From Octopus vulgaris (taxonomy: Eukaryota): DNA of 64,000 bases. Shown piece by piece: positions 54,783-64,000 of the stretch (the stretch's first letter is position 1; each line of letters begins with the position of its first letter). The translations under genes and the position numbers were made by a program. The stretch lies in NCBI GenBank assembly GCA_951406725.2, contig OX597829.1, positions 40,734,001 to 40,798,000 on the forward strand. The letters are read 5' to 3'. The notes beneath the pieces were generated by a model. That model worked only from the letters and a program-made list of their open reading frames with translations. It did no database searches and was not told where the DNA came from.

Positions 54783-57487
54783 CACATCATCATTTAACAT
54801 CTGCTTTCCATACTGGCATGGGTTAGATGGTTTGGCTGGAACTGGTAAGCCAGAGAGCTGTACCAGGTTCAAGTCTGATTTGGCATGGCTTTTACAGCTG
54901 GATGCCCTTCCTTATATATATGTTTATGTATGTATATATAGGCACATGTATGTAATATGTATATGTTTGTGTGTGGATGTAAGACAAAACTGAATACAAA
55001 AGAGGCTGGTTTGTAGTCTATGTTAGCAAGAATTTGTATTATATAGAGATATTAACAGAAAGAATACAGGGAAATTGCCATGAAGAGTGGAAAATTGAAT
55101 ATTTCCTACAGAGTCCTTCTTCTGAGTAAATTTGACAGCAGTGTTTTGCGTCATCTATGTCTGAGAAATTGGCTGCTACTGACGGGCAACCCAAGACAAC
55201 ATCAGCTAGCATATATAGACAGGGAGTAGTAGTAGGAGAGAGAAACTCCATGAAGAGTTTGAAGAGAAAAAGAACAGAACGAAGAGAAGCAAGTCAGCAA
55301 AGGGGATGTGGAAGGAAGTAGGTTGTGTGAGGATATAAACAGAACTTGTACACAAGTCAAATGGAAAATTATATAAACATATGAAATGAAACATGCAAAA
55401 AGATATTTAAATGGCAGAAAATGTTAAGGGCACACACCTCCCACTAGATGCCCATAGCATCAGAGGAGGCTATGCCACCTGTATACACACATGCTCACAC
55501 ACATATCTGTGTGCATATAGAGATGAAAGAGTTAAATATATAGTACTTTTAAAGAATCTTGCCTGACAAACTGGACATTGTGTGTGAAGGGTGAGCGTCT
55601 TAGATGGGCGTCAGTGTCAGTGTTTGCTAAAAACACCAGGTCCATTGATCTCACCTGTCAGGTGAGTCCTGCAAAAACTATGGCCTCTTCCTTTTACCCT
55701 TCCCCCACTCTACCGCCATTCTCAGTCTAAGTAATAATTTAAAACTTACACCATTTTCTCACTCTCTCAGACTTGTTTAGTAAATCAAGTCAAATTTCAG
55801 CAGAACCAACTTTGAGTGTCTTGTAAACCCACCCCCACCCTCTCTCTCTCTCCCCCTCTCTCAGTCTCTCCCATTATTCACCTGTCTATCTACATTTGCT
55901 TATCTACTTGTGTTCCTTTTTTTTTTCAACTCTTTCTACTTCATTATTCCCTTCCTCTCAGACTCCCCCCTCATTCACTTTCCTTATCCCCCCCCCCCCG
56001 CTCTGTCTCAATTTTTTTTCTTTCTTCCTCATTTTCCTCATTCAGTGTGAAAGATCTTGTGCCAGTTTGCCTTATCTCCAAATATGGTCTCTTAAGTAAA
56101 CAAGTTGCCATTCTCTCATAAATAATTCCAGGTATAAATATTTACTAAACTACTTTCTCTGGCTTTTCCACCTACCAACAGGCTCTTTTCTAACTGGGGA
56201 CTCCTTGGAGTATTTCAGATCTATCATCATTTATCCTCATCATCATCATTATCATTGAAATATTCTGATATTATTAAATTATTTTGTGATTGTTGTATAC
56301 TTTGCCGGAAAATTACATGTCTTTTCCATCATTAAAACACTTTTAAATATAAAAAAAAAAGTATTAAATACTTTGTTTCCGTTGCTTTCTCGTACCGTTC
56401 ATTTTGGAATTCTTAGAAATCCTTACAATTACAGTAAAAGAGATGTTCTGGCTTTTTTTTTTTTTTTTTTTTTTGGTGGGTGGATGGGTGGCAGAATTGT
56501 ATTGAGGTACAGAAAGATGGAGGAGCAGTTATCATAATCTTTGTGTAACTTTCTCCCACTCTGGTGAAATTCGTTGTCATCATTATCATCGTCTAATGTC
56601 CGTCTTCCATGCTACCAAGTCTTGTACAGTTTGACCAGAGGTGGCAAGCTAGGGATTCGCCTTGGTTTCTACAGCTGGATGCCCTTCCTTATGCCAACCA
56701 CTTTACAGAATGTGCTGGGTGCTTTTTGCATAGTGCCAGCATGTGTGCTATTTATGTGGCACCGGCATGGGTGTCTTTTACACTAGCACAGGTCACTTCT
56801 TATGTGACAATGGCAAAGGTTCTTTGTTACATGACCACGGGCACTTCTTATGTGGCTTCTGCACAGGTCTCTTGCAAGGTAAAAAAAAAAAGCCCCGCTC
56901 TTCAGCCACAAGGGGGAGCATTAACAATTCTGCTGTGATGGACAAGTCTTCTTCTTGAGTACATCTCATTGGACATTCTGTTAGTGTATATATATATATA
57001 TTTTTTTTTATAGATCTCTCTGCTGAGCTGCTAAGGTAGAGATGTAAACAAACCAACACTGGTTGTCAAATGGCAGTGGGGCGGGGGTGGGGGGGGAACA
57101 CGCACGCATATGATAGGCTTCTCTTAGATTTCAATCTACCAAATCCACCCAAGGCTTATTGTTGGCCTAGGGCTTTGGTAGAAGACACTTGCCCAAGGTA
57201 CTGGGCAGTGAGACTTAACTTGAAACCATGTGGTTGGGAAGCAAAGTTCTCACTATACAGCTATACCTGTATGGTTGAGAACAAAATGCAGCAATGGAAA
57301 TTATCAGTACCCCTCACCTTCCACACACACACACACTTTTTTTTTTCTCTCGTGGTTGGATGTCAATAACCTACCGTGTTATCAGCCAAGTAAACTGAGA
57401 TGAGCAGTCCTATGTCTTCGGCTCACGAGCACAGCTGGACGGTGTGAGGATTGAAGCTCGTTTTTAATTTACATTATTTTGGAAACT

Positions 57488-57890
57488 GGAGTGGCTGTGT
57501 GGTAAGTAGCTTGCTTACCAACCACATGGTTCCGGGTTCAGTCCCACTGCGTGGCACCTTAGGCAAGTGTCTTCTACTATAGCCTCGGGCCGACCAAAGC
57601 CTTGTGAGTGGATTTGGTAGACGGAAACTAGAAGAAGCCCATCGTATGTATGTATATATATGTGTATGTATGTATATGTTTGTGTGTCTGTGTTTGTACC
57701 CCCACCATTGCTTGACAACCGATGCTGGTGTGTTTACGTCCCCGTAACTTAGCAGTTCAGTAAAAGAGACTGATAGAATAAGTACTAGGTTTACAAAGAA
57801 TAAGTCCTGGGGTCGATTTACTCGACTAGAAGGCGGTGTTCCAGCATGGCCGCAGTCAAATGACTGAAGCAAGTAAAAGAGTAAAAGAGT
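57488..57890 (+). mobile_element. SINE family A (KLF last intron)
   Basis: Family A match; a decayed inverted copy lies at ~57012-57270. Confidence 0.85.
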
Positions 57891-58358
57891 AAACTTTAAA
57901 TTTTTTTAAATAAAGAATTTTAAAATTATAATCACTTTCTTCATTGTGGGTGGATTTAGTTTTCTGCCATTATATCCTAAACAAGCCGCATGTTTGCCGT
58001 TTGTGTGCATATGCATCATTTCTTAGAGTTGTGTGTTAATAACTCTGTGTGTGTGTGTGTGTGTGTGTATTTACCAAAGGTTGTGTGTGAGTGTGGAGAT
58101 AAGCACTTTTCGTATTTACCTAACAGTATAAATTAAAATTTTTTTTGTCCTCTCTTGCTTTTCTCTTACACACAATATTCTGATGTTCTTTTAAGGCAAA
58201 AAAAAAAATTTTTTTTTTAAATTTATTTGATCAGTTTTCAAATAGAGTTAATTAAAGAAAATTGTTTACAGCTAATTAACAGGAATAAAAATTACAACAT
58301 TCGTTTCTTCATTTTGTAATATCTGATAAAGAAAGAAAGAAAAATATTTTTCAAGCAT

Positions 58359-58394
<36 letters not shown>

Positions 58395-58419
58395 TTGATG
58401 CGATTTCTTAAGACTCTAA

Positions 58420-58614
<195 letters not shown>

Positions 58615-58665
58615 TTAAAGGTGAATATAATATAACAACAATAATAACGATTTCATGCGCATGCG

Positions 58666-58715
58666 AATAAATACGTCTGTGGGGTTTTTGTGCTTTTTTG
58701 TTTGTTTGTTTGTTA
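58666..58715 (+). terminator. Candidate polyadenylation signal of the KLF gene
   Basis: AATAAA at 58666-58671 followed by a GU/U-rich tract (ggggtttttgtgcttttttgtttgtttg). A second AATAAA lies at 58780-58785. Confidence 0.45.
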
Positions 58716-59179
58716 AAGGTGTTTCGGGGAAATGACTTCTTTCATTTCCAATATTTCTGTTTCCTTTATTAACGACCCTAATAAACCATTGGTTTAATGA
58801 AGCACATTGTGCCTTTACATATGTTCATGATGATGATGATGACAGTGGTGTTGTGGTTTTTGGTGGTGGTGGTGGTGGTGGTGGTGGCAATGGTAACAAC
58901 AACAAAGAAGAAGAATTAGGTTTCTGCTACATCAATGAAACTAGTAGTAGTAGTAGTGGTAGTGGTAGTAGTAGTGGTAGTAGTAATCTAAAATTGGATG
59001 TATGTATATATCAACATGCATGTGAGTGTGACTCTGTGTGTGTGTGTGTGTGTGTGCATATCTTTATTCTTTAAATTCTCTTAGTGTCGCATAAATATGT
59101 CGTTACTAGGTCGAGATGTTTCTTAAATCCATTGATGGTGTTTTGAGATTGTTTTTGAGCTATGACCTTCATATACTGT

Positions 59180-59225
<46 letters not shown>

Positions 59226-60119
59226 AGCCTAACTGGATAGTTACAGAGTTCACGTTACAGTTACAACCGCATGGCTTTAGGTTCATTTCCATTGTAAGAA
59301 ATCTCAGACAAGTGTCGTTTACTAAAGCCTTGTTCAGCCTAACACTTTCATCATCATCATCATCATTATCATTTAACACCCTGTTCTCCTTCCTGACATT
59401 TGTTGCACAGTGTGATAGAATCCAGTGAGCTGTAAAAGTGTGTCATCTTTGGCTATGACCAGATGCCCTTATTATCAAGATGCCCTATAGCTAAGTGCCC
59501 TTATTATCAAGATGCTCTCCCTAATGTAGAATTTGGTTTACGGGAATTGTAAGAAAGCTCATTGTATAGTATGTATAAGGAGACAGGCAGACAGTCAAGG
59601 ATTCAAATAAACAGATAAGAACCGTCAGTTTTAATGTTCAAAATGTATGGCTGTGTGGTAAGAAGCTTGCTTCCCAACCATAGGGATCCAAGTTCAGTCA
59701 CACTGAGCGGCACCTTGGGCAAGTGCCTTCTAATATAGATGGAGATAGGTGTATGAAGAACAAGCAGGGGTATTAGCTTGACACTCTGGAAAGTGAGAAA
59801 GTATTTTATGTTTCGAGCCTTTGCTCTTCAACAGAAAGGAATAAGAGAAAATAAACAGAGAGAGAAAGAAAAAAAACTTGTGAATTTAGCGACTAAGCAT
59901 GGCAACTGGCTGGGGAAAAAAAACGGTTTTATAGGAGAAGTTGAAAGAAGGGGAGCTAGTTAAGGTCAAACAACTGACAAGCAAATATGTGGTATTGAGT
60001 AGAATATTTGCTGTAGCCCATCTTTTATACCAAGACAAAACAATGTACATGATAACACTTCCAATCGGTTAAGATGACAAGCCATGAGAGCCACTGCCTG
60101 GTTTATTATTATTATTATT

Positions 60120-60812
60120 ATTATGGCAGCAAGCCAGCAGAATTGTGAGAACGTTGGGCAATAATGCTTAGTGGCATTTCTTCCATCTTCACATTCTGAG
60201 TTCAAATTCTGCCAAGGTCAACTTTGTCATTCTTTTGGAGTTGATAAAGTAAGTACAAGTAGAGTATTGGGGTCGATGTAATTGACTTATACTCTCTCCT
60301 GAAATTGCTGGCCTTGGGCCAAAATTTGAAATCATTATTATTATTACTATTTATAAAGTAGTGAGCTGGCAGAATCCTTAACACATCAGTCGGAATGGTT
60401 AGTGGAATTTCGTCTGTTTTTAAATTCTGAGTTCAAATTCAGCCAATGTCAACTTTGCATTTCATCCTTTCAGGGTCAATAAAATAAGTACCAGTTGTAC
60501 ATTGGGGTCAATCTAATCCACTTAGCTCTCTGTCTCTCCCCCAAACTTGCTGGCCCTATGCTAAAAATTTGAAGCCATTATTATTATTTAAGGTGGTGAG
60601 AGCGCTGTCAGAATTGTTAGCACACCAGGCAAAATGCTTAGTGGTATTTCATCTGTCTTAATGTTCTGATTTCAAATTCCACTGAGGTTGACTTTCATCT
60701 TTGCGGGGCCAATGAAATAAGTATCAGTTGAACACTGGGGTCGATGTGATCGAGTGATTGACTTACTCCTTCCCCACAAATTTCAGGTGTTATGTCTATA
60801 GTAGAAAGGATG

Positions 60813-60854
<42 letters not shown>

Positions 60855-61874
60855 GAGTGAGAGAGCAGTGCATGCCGTCAAAGTGACCCTGGGGTAAAAT
60901 ATACGAAGCCCAGTATACCCATCATGACTACCCGTCTGATAAGGGTACACTAGGCACATGCATCACAACCATATGTGCATGACATGGTGATCTTATATCA
61001 AAATAAACAGCACATGACCTTGCAGGTGGGGCCCAGTTAGAATTTTCTTCTGGTCGAGTGACCCATCCTGCTCCGAAGGTTCCTGAATAAGGGTTGTTTA
61101 AGGATGTTGAATGAAACACCCATGTTTCCAGAAGTGAATTATTCAAACCCCAAAGAATCCCTCTCAACACATGCTCAACACAGATGCTCCCCCACTACTT
61201 CTGCTCATGATCAGAGAAGCATATATAGTCAGCCACTAAGGGACATGCTCAACTGGTTATGGTCAAACAACTGACAAGCAAATCTGTGGTATTGAGCAGA
61301 ATATTTGCTGTAGCCCACCTTTTATACCAAGACAAAACAATGTACATGATAACACTTCCAATCAGTTAAGATCAGAAGCCATGAGAGCCACTGCCTGGTA
61401 CTGCATCAGGGCATTTATTATTATTATTATTATTGTTATTATCATCATCATATTTATTAATACGGTGCTAAACTGGCAGAATTGTTAGCATACTGGACAA
61501 AATGCTTAGTTCAAATTCTGCCATGGTCAGCTTTGCTTTTCGTGCTTTCGGGGTCGATAAATTAAGTACCAGTGAAACAGTGGGGTCAATGTAATCGACT
61601 AGTCCCATCCCCCAAAATGTTTGCCCTTGTGGCAAAATTTAATGTAAGTTTGCTAATTGTTTTTAATTCAAGCTTTATAAATGAAACAAAGAATTTCCTT
61701 TCTTTTACAGATGCAGCAGAAACGGCTGTTTGTAGAGGAACTGCCTTCTAAGATCAGATGTAATGTAATATACTTTTTACAATGTTTGTGTGTGCGTATA
61801 TATTTATATATACATACAGAAACATAAATATATATTTATAAAATATATATATATATATATACATATATATATGC

Positions 61875-61905
<31 letters not shown>

Positions 61906-63640
61906 TAAACACATACATATATATACATGATACAGAGATGCGCACATACATGTGTGTTTGCAAGTGTATATATGCATGTTTGAATATATAAACATATGTG
62001 CATATGCAGTGCATTTTTATGCACACACCATGAATTACAATACATGCACATGCATATATATTGGACACAACAAACACATACTCTTGCTGTCACCTGCGTA
62101 TTGGCATCCACAATTCCACACCTGGAGGAATCTATCTATTCACGGAAGGATTACATGTTATATTAGAAATTTTACCAATTTTACACATTGATACAAATGG
62201 AAGAAAGAATGGCGGGGAAATGGGACAAATTTTGGTCTCCTGTGTTTTTTTTTTCTGTTTGTTTTTTCTCCTGTTTGGGTGGGTGGAGAAGGAGAAACAC
62301 CTTCATCTTTCTCAAATTACTTTTCTGGTTCACTCCTAAAGAATTTGCATAAACTGGCAGTTTCAAAAGAGTGGAATGGAGACTGATTTTCATCTACTTG
62401 CAGAATGCTTTTATTATTATTATTATTTTTATTATTATTATTATTATTATCATCATTATTATCGTCGTCGTCATCATCATCATTGTCATCATCAGTGAGG
62501 TTGATCTGTTGGTTCAACAGTAATTTTCCAGCAGAAATGACATCCACAACAAACCTGGCTTCAATTTTTTCTTTGTCTCTTAAGGGAAACCTGTCTTGAG
62601 GCACAGGTAGAAAGGAGAAAAAAAGGGAAATCTCGAATATCTCAACATCACATTATTCTTTCTCCCTAATATTCCAGCTATAATAGTATCAGTTATAATT
62701 ATTGTTATTTCCGCTAGGTCAACTTTACTTTTCCTCCTTTCGGGGGTCAATAAATTAAGTACTAGCTGAGTAGTAGAATCGATGTAATCAACTAGTCCCC
62801 TTCCCCCGAAATTTCAGGCCTTGTGCCTATAGTAGAAAGGATTATTATTATTATTTCCACCAGGGTCAACTTTTAGCAGGACGGGACTAATTGATTGCAT
62901 TGACCCCTTAGTAGAAACGATTGTTAATATTTCCGCCAGAGTCGATAAAATAAGTCCCAGTCGAACACTGGGGTCAATGTAATCGACTAGTCCCTACCCC
63001 AAAATTCCAGGCTTTGTTCCTATAGTAGGAAAGATAATTATTATTATTATTAAGGCAGTGAGTTGGCAGTATCGTTAGTGTGTTGGACAAAATACTCAGT
63101 AGCATTTCTTTGGTTTTGTCTTTACTTTTCATCCTTTAGGAGTTGATAAAATAAAGTACCAGTGAAATACTGGGGTCAATGTAATCAACTTAAAGTTGCT
63201 GGCCTTGTGCTAAAATCTGAAATCATTATCATTGTAAGGCAGCAAGCTGGCAGAACCGTTAGGATGCTGGACAGAATGCTTGTTGGCATTTCGTCTGTTT
63301 TTTACATCCAGAGTTCAAATTCCACCAAAGTCGACTTTGCCTTTCATCTTTTTGGGACGATGAAATGGATACCAGTTGACCACTGGGGGTCAATGCAATC
63401 AACTAGCCCCATCCTGCCAAAATTTCAGGCCTTGTGTCTATAGTAGAAAGAACTATTATTATTGTTACTATTCCAAGTTCAAATACCACTGAGGTCAGCT
63501 TTGCCTTTCAATCTTTTCAAGGTCGATAAAATAAGTACCAGTTGTGTACAGGGGATCAATCTAATCGACTTAGCCCCCTCCTCCCAAATTTCAGGCCTTG
63601 TGCCTATAGTAGAAAGAATTATTGTTTTTATTATTATTAT
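60120..63640 (+). repeat. Dense same-orientation cluster of older family B-like SINE fragments with (ATT)n tails, downstream of KLF
   Basis: Repeated gagttcaaattc...ctttgcctttcatcc...taagtaccagt...tggggtcaatgtaatcgact...tagtagaaagg(att)n modules. Confidence 0.7.
60855..61414. mobile_element. Unclassified ~560-bp element embedded in (ATT)n
   Basis: Flanked by (ATT)n on both sides; its distal ~145 bp recur at ~59959-60102, also abutting (ATT)n. Confidence 0.6.
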
Positions 63641-63765
63641 TATTATTATTAACATTGTTGTTGTGACTGTTGTTATTGACAGCAAAAGAGCAATAAATGC
63701 TCATGTTCCCACTTGGAAGAATATGTGAATGCAAAAGGTTTTTCCCCATTTATTTCCCAAGCTTC

Positions 63766-63808
<43 letters not shown>

Positions 63809-63907
63809 TGATTCTAACCCAAAGGCTTCATGCCTATTTAAGAAATCGTCATCTTCATCTTCACTGTCATCATCACCACCATCATTATTACTATTGAGGA
63901 AATTATA

Positions 63908-63942
<35 letters not shown>

Positions 63943-64000
63943 TGTTGTTGTTTCTTTTTCTAAGAATATGGCTGCCACTGCCCTTGCCATTATTATTATT

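Overview
AT-rich, extremely repeat-dense eukaryotic DNA. The repeat families and long (TA)n/(CA)n/(GA)n/(ATT)n tracts look like an Octopus (coleoid cephalopod) genome; this is my recognition, not a database result. Only one cellular gene is supported: the last two coding exons of a Kruppel-like factor (three C2H2 fingers, + strand, 50883-51085 and 58442-58614, joined in frame across a 7.36-kb GT-AG intron). No convincing upstream coding exon was found. The rest consists of several tRNA-headed SINE families, RTE-clade LINE 3' fragments, a dead Tc1/mariner transposase, two non-autonomous Helitrons, piggyBac- and hAT-type MITEs, and microsatellites. Almost all supplied ORFs are microsatellite or repeat artefacts. 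The most interesting signal is a set of short fold-back (inverted-repeat) insertions, several with target-site duplications and a shared ~40-nt tail, that carry or fold at degenerate hammerhead-ribozyme motifs. They look like Penelope-like-element or retrozyme derivatives. Also notable are a bipartite RTE-derived short element, a 71% GC island of possibly foreign origin, unusually long flanking duplications, and a candidate 15-nt in-frame microexon for the KLF gene. Coordinates were read by eye; repeat boundaries are approximate.
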